From Octopus vulgaris (Eukaryota), in contig OX597818.1 in assembly GCA_951406725.2 (NCBI GenBank), forward strand, positions 45,694,001-45,758,000: a stretch of 64,000 nt of DNA. The letters are read 5' to 3'. This document shows positions 14,018-27,142 of this stretch, piece after piece. A program made the translations under genes and the position numbers. Each line of letters starts with the position of its first letter. The stretch's first letter is position 1. The notes under the pieces are model-generated. The model had not been told where the DNA came from, searched no databases, and saw only the letters and a list, made by a program, of their open reading frames with translations.

Positions 14018-16078
14018 TTATATTATATGTGTTTCTTTCTTTGTATCTATGTTTGTCCCCCACCACCACTTGACAACCAGTGCTGGTGTATTTACATACC
14101 CATAACTTAGCAGTTCAGCAAAAGAGACTGATAGAATAAGTATCAAATGTTTTATCTCAATAATGCAAATATGTTAGTTTCCAGAATGTCTTATAAGCTT
14201 ATGAGCAAGGTATTTTTCAATTTAAATAGTTTTATGCCCCTGTCTTTGTCAAAGGATCTACTGTGTGACCTTTCAGCCTCCTAGAAATAACAACCAAATT
14301 TTACATAAATCATTCCCCGACATTTTCTATAAGGATAGGACACTTTAGCTGGTATAAGCTGTACATATCTCTAAAAAGGCAGGATGGTCAGTAGCTGAAA
14401 TAACGATTCATTTGTTGCTTCATCTCACTGAAATGGCTTTGATCATAAGGTCAGCTCCAGCTAGCATTACCTGGAGTTAAATAACTTTATTTAGCTTGTG
14501 TTCCATTTCTATATGGTGTTTAAAAACTGAACACACTAAAAAAGTTTATTTGTGATTTCATATCCAAATTGATAAAGGAGAAAAAGGAATTGTAATATTC
14601 ATAACTTTACCAAGAGTATATTTACCCTACCATGTTGTAATTCCCATGTAGTAGGAAGAGGCTAAAAGTCATTTCTGCTGAATTCCCAGTAAAGTGGTAA
14701 TGAACATCATCATCATCTTTTTAATGTCCGCTTTCCATGCTAGCATGGGTTAGACGATTTTACTGAGGTCTGGCAAAGCAGATGGCTGCACCAGACTCCA
14801 ATCTGATCTAGCAAAGTTTCTACAGCTGGATGCCCTTCCTAACGCAACCACTCTGAGAGTGTAGTGGGTGCTTTTTACGTGCCACCAGCACGAGGGCCAG
14901 TCAGGCGGTACTGGCAACGGCCACACTCAAATGGTGCTTTTTATGTGCCACCTGCCCAGGAGCCAGTCCAGTAGCACCGGCTACAACCTCTCTTGCATGT
15001 TTTTTTTTCACGTGCAACCAGCACAAGTGCCAGTAAGGCGACACAGGTAACAATCACACTCAAATGGTGTTTTTAATGTGCCATCGGCTCGGAGGCCAGC
15101 TTGTTGCTCTGGCAATCATCTCACTCATATGGTACTCTTAGCGCTCCACTAGCACAGATGCCAAAAAGATGCAGACAATTCTGTCCATTAGTTTGCCTGC
15201 AATCATTAAACTCGAGTTGTATATGCGCCTTTTTGCTCGGGAGCCCAGGTTGAAGGTAAAGTTAGACAAAGGGGCCCAGGTCTGAGAGGGGTTAATGATA
15301 TAACAGAAATGCAATGTCTTCAAACAACACTGCAAACTGGGTCATGAATTTGGTTCACTGACAGTTGAACTTTGTCTTCATTACTATAAGTTTTAATGTT
15401 AATAAAAACTGATGTATACATCATATATTGGAAGTAATCACCCCAACAATCAAAGTTCACTTTTTGGATAGAGCTATTTCTATTTCCCCTTTCCCTAAAA
15501 TAAATGTTGCAGCCTTCCCATTAGAGGCAAACAAAAAATTCACAAATCTTAAACTCCTGTGTTTGTATTTCACATGAGAAAAAGTTCATTAATGGACCAC
15601 CTAATTGGTGAAGTTGCTAACTAAATTATTTTCTTCTGTTTTTTATTTTTTTTAAATTTTAATCCTTTTACAAGGCATTTGAGATAAGTGGACAGAAAGA
15701 ACAAGCTAGAGACACCTCGCTTGGGTGCTTTCAAAAAGTGGATTCTGCTAAAAGCACCCAAGGTACCAGGTGGAAGAGTTAAATCAAATGACAGATTAAA
15801 CCCACCACCCAAGTAAGCCATGGCAGGATTTGAACTCAAAATGCTGAGGACCAGAACAAATACCACAAAGCATCCAAACAATCTCACAGTTCTGTAATCC
15901 ACCACCCTTGTTGATTTTTTAGTGACCTTGAATAGATGGAAGGCAAAGTTGACCTCGGTTTTATTTGAACTCGAGTGCAAAGAGTCAAAGCAAATATTGT
16001 GCAGAAGTCTGTCCAACTCTCTAACAACCATTTGTTTTTGTGTATACTTAAAAGCATTTTATTTTATTTTATTTTCAG

Positions 16079-16347
16079 GCTGTGAAGAAACCCAAAATCC
16101 TCAAACCAATTCAGATATAGACCCAATGCAATTTTGTCAACACATTCCAAGTGAAGTGAAGAAAGCGAAACAACGCCTCACTTTGAAAAATATACAACTT
16201 TCTGAGAAAGAGCTAGAAGAAGAGAGAGCTATTCAACGACACCAGTTGGAAGAAATGTTTAATCTCATGAAAGCTCAAGGAGATAAATTCGGATTGGCAG
16301 ACATCAGTGAGATGAAACAACAAATGAATCTTTATTCAATAAACTAA
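16079..16347 (+). CDS. MXRA7: Terminal coding exon of an MXRA7-like gene (C-terminal helical domain)
   Basis: Acceptor ttttcag|GC (phase 1); LSEKELEEERAIQRHQLEEMFNLMKAQGDKFGLADISEMKQQMNLYSIN* resembles MXRA7 C-terminus EELEEEQRVQKEQLAAIFKLM.....FG......QEQLRLY; AATAAA at 16338 and 16441. Confidence 0.75.
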
Positions 16348-17182
16348 ACAGTTGTTAGCAGATGTGTATCTCAGAGACTATAAGTTATATAATATTTATC
16401 TTAACTGTTGTATTGTTGTTTACTAACTTATTAACTTATGAATAAATGTTTGGGGGAACTTTTTGTATTTCATTATCTTTATTTTCATTTCCCCCCCCCC
16501 GATATGAATCAGTGTTTTTCAAATACCATTCTTCTCCCACCAAAAAAATATTTATATTTCCAACCCTTTTTTATCTGTGAGAATACAAAACAGATTTTGC
16601 ATCCATATAATTCTTCCTTTGCTGTTGTATTGAACAAGTTTTAAAATGTATCTCAATTTTCTTTTCAATCATTACAGAAACACTATCCTAAACAGCAATC
16701 CACTGTAATAACTGGTATTTATTCCAGTGCATTATCTAAAGTTAAGATCCCAAAACAAATTTCATAAACTACTATCGCCTCGATCCCGACCAAAGCCTTG
16801 TGAGTGGATTTCATAGACGGAAACTGAAAGAAGCCCGTCATATATATATATACACACATATATATACACACATATATACACACACATATATACACACACA
16901 TATATACACACACATATATATATGTATGTGTGTCTGTGTTTGTCGCCTCAACATCGCTTGACAACCGATGCTGCTGTGTTTATGTCTCCGTAACTTAGGG
17001 GTTCGGCAAAAGAGAACGATAGAATAAGTACTAGGCTTACAAAGAATAAGTCCTAGGGTCGATTTGCTCATCTAAAGGTGGTGCTCCAGAATGGCCGCAG
17101 TCAAATGACTGAAACAAGTAAAAGATTAAAAGAGTAATATTTAATTTTAAAAAATACAATGTGAAAATAAGGCTAAAAGGAT

Positions 17183-17293
17183 TTATTTTAACAATAAATT
17201 TGGGTCTTTTGTTGTCATGAGCTGATAAATTCTCCGTGCAGCTTCTTTACCTATTCGCTTGGTTGATTGCAACACACCAGCATGTCTCCTTAC
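17183..17293 (-). CDS. EME1: EME1 coding exon 10 (terminal, stop TAA)
   Basis: ttttccag|GTA; VRRHAGVLQSTKRIGKEAARRIYQLMTTKDPNLLLK* matches EME1 C-terminus VRRGEGV....RRIGPELSRRIY..MT; summed CDS 1479 nt = 492 aa + stop. Confidence 0.94.
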   Translation of the reverse strand, partial: VRRHAGVLQSTKRIGKEAARRIYQLMTTKDPNLLLK

Positions 17294-18997
17294 CTGGAAA
17301 ATCAAAACAGAGAAGCATAAGATATTTATATTTAGAAAGGCATATATTCAATGTATGCTGCTAACCTGAATGAAATGATTTGGTGCAGCTGACTGGGCAT
17401 TCAGAATGTTTTGGTACTGAATTTAATAAATTGTAAACTTTTAGCTGTTTTCGCTCAATAAACACGCACAATGCTCAGTCTGGGAATCAAAACCGCGATC
17501 CTCCGACCGCGGGTCCGCTACTTTAACCACTGGGCCACTGCGCCTCCACAAGTGATACATTACAATTTATTATACTCTACATGTTTTATGCTCAAACTTG
17601 CTAGTTCCAGCCTCTCACACCTACCCTACAATACTATCTTTCTAGTGCTAGTGGAGCGCTAAGAGCAACAAGCTGGCCTCCATGCCGGTGGCACATAAAA
17701 AATACCATTCGAGTGTGATCGTTACCTGCATCGCCTTGGTGGCACATGAAAAAACATTCGTGCGAGGTCGTTGCCAGTGCCGCTAGACTGGCTCCTGTAC
17801 AGGTGGCACATACACACAAGCTCATGTGCGCAGAAACATACAAATAGAAAGGAAGAATAAGAAATAAACTTTTTTTTTATGGGCCCGGTCTCCCGGTTTC
17901 TATGGCGTATGTGTTCCCCCCAGCTGGATGGGACACCAGTCCATCGCAGCATTACTCAAGAAACAGGAAGAGAAAGTTGTAGTGAAAGAGTACAACAGGG
18001 GTCGCCACCATCCCTGCCAGAGCCTCGTGGAGCTTTCAGTTGTTTTCGCTCAATAAACACACACAACGCCCAGTCTGGGAATTGAAACCTCGATCCTCCA
18101 ACCATGAGTCTGCTGCCCTAACCACTGGGCCATTGCGCCTCCACAAGGGATGCATTACAATTTATTTATTGAACATGAGTGATGCAAACATTTTTCCTTT
18201 TTGTCAGAGAAATAGGCTCACACACATAAACAGAGAGAAGAGGGGAGCAAAGAAAAAGAACATTAACCCTTTAGCATTTAAACTGGACATATCAGGCCCA
18301 AATACACTACATGTTTTTATGCTCAAACTTGGCAGCTCCAGCCTCTCACACCTATCCTACAATACAGTTCTATCTTTCTAGTGCTAGTGGACTGCTAAGA
18401 GTACTATACGAGCGTGATCATTGCCAGAGCAACAAGCTGGCCTCTGTGTTGGTGGCACGTAAAAAACACCATTCGAGTGTGATTGTTACCTGCGTTGCTT
18501 TACTGGCACTTGTGCTGGTGGCATGTGAAAAAAACATTCGAGCGAGGTCGTTGCCATTGCCGCTGGACTGGCTCCTGTGCAGGTGGCACATAAAAAGTAC
18601 CATTTGAGCGTGGCCGTTGCCAGTACCGCCTGACTGGCCCTCTCTCTTTCTTTCTCTCATGATCAATCAGTTATTTATGTATTTCATAAAGCTATTCAAA
18701 CAAAGATGAAGGCATTCATCTACAATAACTGAAAGCAGTTAAATAAACCAATATTTTACTGTTTGAATAATAATATATTGTTATATTTGGGGACGGTCAT
18801 TTTGCCAATAAACACACACTATTTATTTTATCTTCACTTTAGCTTTATTATTATTAATTGACTTTCCGTTCTTTGTGTTTCCGCTTTTCTCTGGTCTTGT
18901 CCTGTCTATTTTGAACAGAAGATGAGACATGAAGAACAGAAAGTCATTGAAGAGGTCACAGAATGTGTGACAAAAGAATTCTGATAAATAAACTAAT

Positions 18998-19355
18998 AAC
19001 AAGAGCACTCACAGAGGGCATACTTCTGCCAAGGCAACACCAACATCCTCTCAACGATTAGCCAGAGATGATTTTTAAAATGAGAATATCTGAAATGAAC
19101 TCGACTGCTCTCACTAACAAGAATACTAAAAAATGAACCTGACCACTCAAAAATTAAGTTAAAAAAAAACAGAAAAATAATCCAGAATCCTTGTCCAGCA
19201 CTGGATTGATCCCAAAATCTAATCTGTTCATGCCAGTCATGAGGTCAAACATCCCTAAAAGTTTCATCAAAATCCATCCAGCAGTTATTGAGATATCTTG
19301 TCCACAGACAAACACGACTGAAAATAATGCCTCCGCCTATGCTAAGGCAGAGGTA
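18998..19355. mobile_element. Helentron/HINE-like non-autonomous element
   Basis: Terminal hairpin CCTCCGCCT-ATGCTA-AGGCAGAGG with matching subterminal CTTCTGCCAAGG near the other end; inserted in AAT repeat. Confidence 0.55.
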
Positions 19356-19640
19356 ATAATAATAATACAAAGCTAAATTAAAGATCAAATAAATAGTGCA
19401 TGTGTTTGTTGGCAAAATGACCATACCAAAATATAAATATAACTGTTACAACACACAATTTGATATCAAGAATCATGCAAAACAAACACATATATGTAAT
19501 AATATAATAATGATCTTACTGCATACAGTGCTCAGGTACACCACAATAACTAAAATGGTTTAAAATTAAAATGACATGAAATCAGAATAAGAACATTTTT
19601 AAACTTAAAATACATAGCAAATAATTGATTTTATATTTAC

Positions 19641-19697
19641 CGTAATATCTTCAAGTACTTTAATACCTTCCTTCTCTGAGGAACATTTTTCATATGC
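19641..19697 (-). CDS. EME1: EME1 coding exon 9
   Basis: ttctcag|GCA...ACG|gtaaat, 57 nt, phase 0-0; AYEKCSSEKEGIKVLEDIT vs vertebrate AYQQC.S.KE...LLADIQ. Confidence 0.92.
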
Positions 19698-19783
19698 CTG
19701 AGAAAATCAGGAAATATAGAGAAGTACATCATTTGCAAAAATATTGAATATAAATTTTATCCAGAAAATTAATTCTTTTTTAA

Positions 19784-20003
19784 CCCTTTCGTTACCAACC
19801 CGGCTGAAACCGGCTCTGGCTCTGAGTACAAATGTCTTGTTTTCATAAGTTTTGAATTAAAATCTTCCACCAAACCTTAGTCACAATTTATGTTCCTAAC
19901 ATTAACTGAATGATAACTAAGTTATTTTACTAAATTCTTTGTTATATTTAAAGTAATTGAAAGAAACACAGAGCATCTCAAAATAAATGCAGTAACAAAA
20001 GGG
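19784..20003. mobile_element. piggyBac-type MITE, family 1
   Basis: TTAA|CCCTTTCGTTAC...GTAACAAAAGGG|TTAA; inverted second copy at 51161-51381. Confidence 0.88.
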
Positions 20004-20252
20004 TTAATGAAACAATTTGCTCCCATTGCATATTTTTTTAATGACATCCAAGGAAAAATATAAAATAAAGAAAATTCTATTTGTCTGTATTACTAGACTA
20101 TCTGATAATAGACAAAATGAGTGTGCTTCAGTGGTGTAGATTTATAGAATGTATGTTTGATAAATATTACATATCAATTACAATATCACACTCAAGACAT
20201 ACAGATTACTAGGAATGGTAGATATTGACAAATCAAACTGTTTGATACTAAC

Positions 20253-20427
20253 CTCAAACAAAGATTTTGGTGTAGGATATTGGTAAACAATAGCATTAGC
20301 AATATCAGAACTAATATTCTTGAACTGTTGGAGTTGTAACTTCCACATCCCTTGTATATCAGATGACCCGGAGGTGTTATTACCTTTCGCATTGTGAAAG
20401 GAGAACTCAGACTGCAAACGATCTTTC
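20253..20427 (-). CDS. EME1: EME1 coding exon 8 (helix-hairpin-helix region)
   Basis: cttttag|G AAA...GAG|gttagt, 175 nt, phase 2-0; WKLQLQQFKNISSDIANAIVYQYPTPKSL matches EME1 WRRQIQQLNRVS.EMA.AVV..YPSP.LL. Confidence 0.93.
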
Positions 20428-20535
20428 CTAAAAGTGATAGTTGAGAGTAACGTTATTATGAGAGATGAAAACTATGATATAGGTGCATTTATAACAATGG
20501 TGTAGATCTCATACAGAATCATCATCATCATTTAA

Positions 20536-20756
20536 CCCTTTAGCGTTCGCATTATTCTGCCAAAATGAATGCATTTTTATCCACAATGTTTTGAACTAAT
20601 CATGCATTATCTTGTAGCTATGAGATTTTGATGAGGTAGCTGTTAATTTTTAAAACGACATTGTAGGGTTGGTGTGAGAGACCAGATCTCACCACTTTGA
20701 ACATAAAACAGGCAGAATACTTCTGGCCGGATATGGCCGGCTTAAATGCTAAAGGG
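20536..20756. mobile_element. piggyBac-type MITE, family 2
   Basis: TTAA|CCCTTTAGC...GCTAAAGGG|TTAA; inverted copy at about 37610-37831, partial near 18267-18370. Confidence 0.88.
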
Positions 20757-22532
20757 TTAAGCTCCATGTTTCATGCTGGTATGGGTTGGACAGTTTGACA
20801 GGATCCATTGGGCCTAAAGATGTATCGTGTTCCAATGTCTGCTTTGGTATGGTTTCTACGACTGGACGTCCTTCCTAACACCAGTCACTTTACAGAAACT
20901 GGTTAGTGCTTTTATCATGCCAATAGCACTAATGAAATCACAATGCAGCTCACAAAACTATGAATACCAAAGGAGTTGGGGGGGTTATGCTATGGGGCAA
21001 GAGGTGACAGTATGAGCAAAGGGGAGAGCAAGTTCTTGTACAAGAGATGCATGGTAACTCAGTTTGTAGGAGAGGGAGAGAATAATCAGCAGACGAGGTG
21101 TCCAGATGGCCCCTCAAAGCTCAAGGTAAGTACAAGGCGAGCTGGCAGAAACGTTAGCAAGCCAGGCGAAATGCTTTGCGGTATTTCGTCTGCCATTACA
21201 TTCTGAGTTCAAATTCCGCCGAGGTCAACTTTGCCTCTCATCCTTTCAGGGTCGATTAAATAAGTACCAGTTACGCACTGGGGTCAATATAATCGACTTG
21301 ATCCATTTGTCTGTCCTTGTTTGTCCCTTGTGGGTAGTAAAGAAATAGTTAAGTACAAGTGAGTGGAATTATTGTAAGATTCTAAGGGGGAAGCAGAAGA
21401 CGAGGGGATGAAGTGATAGGCTGCACTTGTAAAAGAAGTTCGGGAGGGTTGAAAGGTAATGAGCGAAGAGTCATGAATTTGGGAGGGTAGAGATGCAGAA
21501 GAGAGTAGGTGGAGGGAGAAGTGACAGAATAGTAATGACATGGAAGGAGGACAGGACAGAAAGATGATGTGGTGGGGTTAGGCTGCAGGAGTAAGTAGGT
21601 GGTGAAGAGATAGGCATCATGCATTATGAGATGTAGTTTTGTACATTTGGGTGGAAAATGTCAATCATTGTAATGTGTAGGTGGAGAGTACATATATATG
21701 TGCAGGTGGAATGTAAAAAGCACCCACTACACTCTCGGAGTGGTTGGCATTAGGAAGGGTATCCAGCTGTAGAAACTCTGCCAAATCAAGACTGGAGCCT
21801 GGTGCAGCCATCTGGTTCCCAGCCCACAGTCAAAATCGTCCAACCCATGCTAGCATGGAAAATGGACGGTAAATGATGGTGATGATGATATATATGCAGC
21901 ACTTCTAGAACTCAGTTTCATTGACGTGGAATGGTTTTAACCTGATCATAGACTATATCTAAGATATTCTGGAATGTAGAATATTTATATATTGTGAATA
22001 TATATTATTGCTCCCGTGCCATCCATCCACTACAGAAATCATGTTCGTGTTGTATCACAACACTACGACAGAACTATTTCACCTCAACTGGCCCTGCTCT
22101 CTTCAACATCGTGCCAGCCCACCTAAAGGAGGAAAGTGATTTCACGGCATTCAAACAGCCCTTAGATGATTACCTCCAACAAATAACAGAATGGGCAATG
22201 GTGCCCAAGAGCTGACTGTGTATCTCTTCCAGATGGAACTATTAAATTAGACATGGCCTGGGCCAACTTTGGTTAAAACTTATAAGTAATCTAAGTATGT
22301 CTCCAGGCAACAGATAAAACAAAAATAATAACAAAGAACAAGCTGGGCCAATACAAAACCAATTAATGTAGCAGACTAAATTGCCTTCAAAGAAATCTCT
22401 GTTAAATTAATGAGGCAGGTTTAAGGTTTTCTTCCAAAGATGGTATTGTTATGACAAGGTATCTAGTCATGGAAGTCTTCTGAACTAGATGCTTCCTCTA
22501 CCACTGAGTATTTAGCTGGTTACCCCTGTATT

Positions 22533-22920
22533 GTGGAGGCGCAATGGCCCAGTGGTTAGGGCAGTGGACTCGCAGTCGTAGGATCGCGGTTTCGATTCCC
22601 AGACCGGGCGTTGTGAGTGTTTATTGAGCGAAAACACCTAAAAGCTCCACGAGGCTCCGGCAGGGGATGGTGGTGATCCCTGCTGTACTCTTTCACCACA
22701 ACTTTCTCTCACTCTTGCTTCCTGTTTCTGTTGTACCTGTATTTCAAAGGACCGGCCTTGTCACTCTCTGTGTCACGCTGAATCACCCCGAGAACTACGT
22801 TAAGGGTACACGTGTCTGTGGAGTGCTCAGCCACTTGCACATTAATTTCACGAGCAGGCTGTTCCGTTGATTCGGATCAACTGGAACCCTCGTCGTTGTA
22901 ACCGACGGAGTGCTTCCAAC
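22533..22920 (+). mobile_element. Full-length tRNA-derived SINE with 11-bp TSD
   Basis: A box TGGCCCAGTGG, B box GTTTCGATTCC; flanked by ACCCCTGTATT at 22522-32 and 22921-31; related fragments near 5360-5640, 17445-17550, 17880-18145. Confidence 0.9.
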
Positions 22921-24331
22921 ACCCCTGTATTATAAGGCAGCTCAATAAGAGCAAACTGCAATATCAAGTAAATGCAGCCATGTAAAAACAGTGCTATATA
23001 GATATAGCACACAGTTTTTGCAAGTGTTTTTCTCTCTTTTTTTATTTCCACTTTTACATCTTTATGACACCATTAATGGCAGAGTATCATTGCACAATAG
23101 ATTAGTTTCTTCTTTTTTTTTTTTTTGTTAATTCCCTTCACAACTGGACATTTTAAAAACAAATAAAATCGTTCGTGAATTAGGAAGACAGAAACAAACA
23201 TTGCTTGTATTTCAATGAAATGTATTGATTACATACTATTACTGAAGAGTCATCTGACTGTACAACAACACAGGTGATTCTTTCCCTTGCCTCTCTTACT
23301 AGCTGTGGTTTTACTTCTATTCTGTTAGCTTCTTACTCTATTGTTTTCTCCCTCTCTGTATTTTGCTAACTGCTTTGTTCTGATGCCTAGGGGCTCGTGA
23401 AACATATACGTACACACAATATAGATTTTTAATAGAAGATAGAAAATACTGTCGCTGTTGGCAACAAATAATTATCTCAATGAAGTAGTGAAGTCAAACA
23501 TAAAATCTATTTCTAAGAGAATTAGTGTTTGTCTTGTTTTACCTTATACCTTTTGTTTGTGTCAGTCATTAGACTGTGGCCATGCTGGGGCATTATCTGG
23601 AAGAAGTTTTAGTCAAATGAATCAACCACTTTACAGAGTGTGCTGGGTACTTTTTTATTAAAGCCTGGTATTTAGTCCATCAATCCCTATTGTTTAACCA
23701 CTAAGTTATAGGGACATAAACACATGAATACCTGTTGTCATGTGGGGAGGTGGGGGTATACACAGACACAAAGACATACACACAGACACACATATATGTA
23801 TATATACAATGGGCTTCTGTCAGTTTCCATCAACCAAATCCACTCACAAGGCTTTGGTCAGCCTTAGGCTACCACAGAAGACACTTGTCCAAGGATCCAT
23901 GCAGAGGGACTGAACCCAGAACCATGTGGTTGGGAAGCAAGCTTCTTATCACACAGCCACACCTGCACCTGAAACTCTAGTGACTGAGTCTGAGATCATT
24001 ATCATCATCATCTTTATTATAATGTCCACTTTTCCATGCTTGCATGGGTTGGATGGAGTTTCAACTGAGGCAGATTTTCTACAACTAGATGCCCTTCCTG
24101 TCACCAATCCTCATTTATTTCCAAGCAAAGTAATATTCCTCCAAGACAAGAAATGTTTTTTCAAAAGATTGAAAATAAAGGACACTGCCTGCATGATGGT
24201 GACATTTTTTTACAACTATCACATGAAATCAAGGCAAGGAGACAGTAACACACACACTTACAGAAAAACCAAGACAGGTGTATGAACAACAAGCAGGTGT
24301 ATTAGTTTGATGCTCGGGAAAGTGAGAAAGT

Positions 24332-24367
24332 TTTTTATGTTTCGAGCCTATGTTCTTCAACAGAAAG
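24332..24367 (-). ncRNA. Second copy of CUGUUGA-core hammerhead-like motif
   Basis: CUUU-CUGUUGA-A-GAAC AUAG GCUC-GAAA-CA-UA/AAAA in repeat about 24260-24560 homologous to 8000-8170. Confidence 0.5.
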
Positions 24368-25419
24368 GAATATGAGAAAATAAACAGAGAGAGAATAAAA
24401 AAAACTTGTGGATTTAGTAGTCAAGCACGGCTGATTGGAAAAAAAAAAGTTTGACAGGAGAGGTGCAAAAAAGGGGAGATAATAAAGTATTGGTGATCCT
24501 AAAATGAAGGTGTGCATGCATGAATGTGAGAATGTGTAAGTGTGTGTGTGTGTGTGGGTGAAGGTGCGTGAATGTGTGGGTGTGCGGTGTATGTATGTAA
24601 TGTATGTATATATATATATATATATATATCAGCAGCTACAGCATTCAAAGTCTGTTTTCCATTCTGGCATGGGTTAGACAGTTTGACAGGAGCTAGCAAG
24701 CTGGAGAGCTGCACCGGGTTCCATTGCTTTAGCATGGTTTCTATGGTTTGATGCCCTTGCTAAATCCAACCACTTTACAGAGTGTACTGGGTACTTTTTA
24801 AGTGACATCAGCACTTTCCAAGTGACACTGACACCAGTGGGGTCACCAAGTAACTTGCAAGATGAAGAACTCTCAGCTGGGAGAGAGAGTGGAACCACAG
24901 AAAGAGGTTGGAGGATAATATGGGGTTAGAGATAGGTGTCTTGCTATAAGAGGAGATACTTGGCTACCCCGGCAGGAGAAAAAGGAGAGATATGGTTAGT
25001 GAAAAAGATAGAGAAACAGTCAGAGTGAGAGAGATAGAGATGGTGTTACAGATGCATCAGGACCTACCCACAGGTAGCAGTGATGGAAACAGAAGGGAAT
25101 GTTCTATAAGAGTGTGAAGGAAGATGTATAGAGAATTGGAAGAGGTGGCTGTAGCAGGTGATGGTGAGAAACTGAAGTGGCTGGCAGTGGGATATGGTAG
25201 ATATGTGGCGGTATGAAGAGTATGCAGGTAAGCACATGAGGGAAAGAGGAGGGGCTTGCAGTGGGTAGTATGCATGAGTGGTGGGATGGAGCTATGTTGG
25301 GAGGATGGGTTGTGAGGGAGCTTAGACAGAAGACAGATTGGGTGTGAATGTGTGTGTGTGTGTTTGTATGTGTGCAAGAGGGTTACATGACTTTCCATGA
25401 TTTCATTTAGCTTGATGTG

Positions 25420-26735
25420 CCTTCTCAAGCACAGCAAATCACCAGATGTTTTGGTCCCTTGTCATCTCTATGAGACAACATCCAAAGATTGTTTCTCATC
25501 ACTTCATCCCTCTGGGTCTACCTCTTCCACAAGTTGCAACCACAATTAGAGATTAGCTCTTCTTTATGCACTGTTCTCATCCTTACACATCACATGACCA
25601 CACTAACACAGTCTTCTCTATTGCATACTACTATTGAAGCCTCTTAAACCCAATTTTTCTCTTAAATCATTTACACTCTGTCATATATGCACACTAACAT
25701 TGCACATCCAGAAAAATTTGCTCACTCCATTTCTTTTCAAGCATTCACATTTTCTATAGTCACAGCCCATGTTTCACTGCTATGTAGTATAGCTGTCCGA
25801 ATACAGGTATCATACAATGTGCTTTTTCACTTTGAAGAAGAGGCCTCTTTGTTAGCAACAAAGGTAGCAGCACTCTGAACTTTGACCAACCCATTTTTAT
25901 TCTAGCAACTACACTTTCAAAACTTCCTCCTCCACTGCTAACTTGGTCACCTATGTAAAGAAAACTTCGCCTTCTACTTCTTCTAAGGATCCCCCTGGAC
26001 ATTTGAGGAAGTTTATTTCCTGTACATACTTAATGCTTATTATACGTGCACATCTACCACACACAAAGATTACTCTTTCTTGATTACTTCCTGTGACACT
26101 GTTGCACCTCTTATATGCCCATAACTTGCACCAGGTACACCACATGGAATTTCTACCTACACTATTTGCAACAAATTGAGCAAGGCCATCTCTCTGAAGG
26201 GATTAATAATTTGTTTTCCTACTTACTAGGACTTTGGTCTTTGCTAAATTAACTCTAAGGCCCTTTGATTCAAGATCCTGCTTCCACATCTGAAATTTCT
26301 TCTCTAATTCTTATAGGAATTCAGCTATAAAAACAAAGTCATCAGTGTAAAGGAGCTTCCAAGGGCAACCAGTCTAAAATTCCTTTGTTGTGGCCTGGAG
26401 GACAATTATAAACAAGAAGGGGCTGAGAACCAATCCTTGGTAAACTCCTACCTGTACACTAAATTCATTGCTATACTCATCGCCAACATTCACCTTACTG
26501 ACAGCATCTCTCTACATGGCTTGTACAGCTCTCACAAACCACTTCTATCCCTAGCTTCTGCACTGACCACCAGATAAGAGAGCATGAGACCCTGTCAAAG
26601 GCTTTCTCCATGTTGACGAAAGCCGAGTACAGAGGTTTATTTTTTGCTAAATGCTTCTCCTGAAGTAGCCTCACCAGGAAGATAGCATCAATGGTACTGC
26701 TCTCTGACACAAAACTAAATTGTATCTCATCTATA
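25420..26735 (-). mobile_element. Degenerate RTE LINE RT fragment (same family type as 42355-45230)
   Basis: Fragments STIDAIFLVRLLQEKHLAKNKPLYSAFVNMEKAFDRV, CTWCKLWAYKRC...FVCGRC, GDQVSSGGG...ARIKMGWSKFR with frameshifts. Confidence 0.88.
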
Positions 26736-27026
26736 AGATGGACTTCTTTCAGTTTCTGTTTACCAAATCCACTCACAAGGCTTTGGTCAGCCCAGGCCTA
26801 TAGTTGAAGACATTTGCCCAAGGTGCCATTCAGTGAGACTGAACTCAAGACCATTTGGTTGGCAAGCAAATTTGTTACCACAACAGGTGCATCCACACCT
26901 GTGCCAACTGACCTCACATTCAATTATCTCTAGTACCGTAATCACTCAACCACAGTTATCCTGTTAGTAAAATATATAATTATCAGACGACGATAATGAC
27001 AATGTAAGTAACAAAAGTGGTCTTAC

Positions 27027-27142
27027 TTTCCAGGTTTCTCACCAACAGCTTTCGTAAATGATTTAATGAGATTAGTAATTCCAGAGCTTGACTGTATAAG
27101 TTGACAATTAAACAAATTCTTTAATTGCAGATTTAAAAATGC
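27027..27142 (-). CDS. EME1: EME1 coding exon 7
   Basis: ccatttcag|GCA...AA|gtaaga, 116 nt, phase 0-2; AFLNLQL...LIKSFTKAVGEKPGK matches EME1 ALVDLQL...AFTKAVAEAPFK. Confidence 0.93.

Noticed and set aside
15922-16078. N-terminal part of ORF 15922-16347
   Set aside because: Degenerate SINE plus polypyrimidine tract; coding begins at acceptor 16079.
22533-22610. tRNA gene candidate
   Set aside because: A and B boxes present but no proper acceptor stem; continues into a SINE body with TSD.
23270-23390. Purine-rich minus-strand segment as extra EME1 exon
   Set aside because: Stops in all three frames after the candidate acceptor; flanking exons already join in phase with continuous homology.
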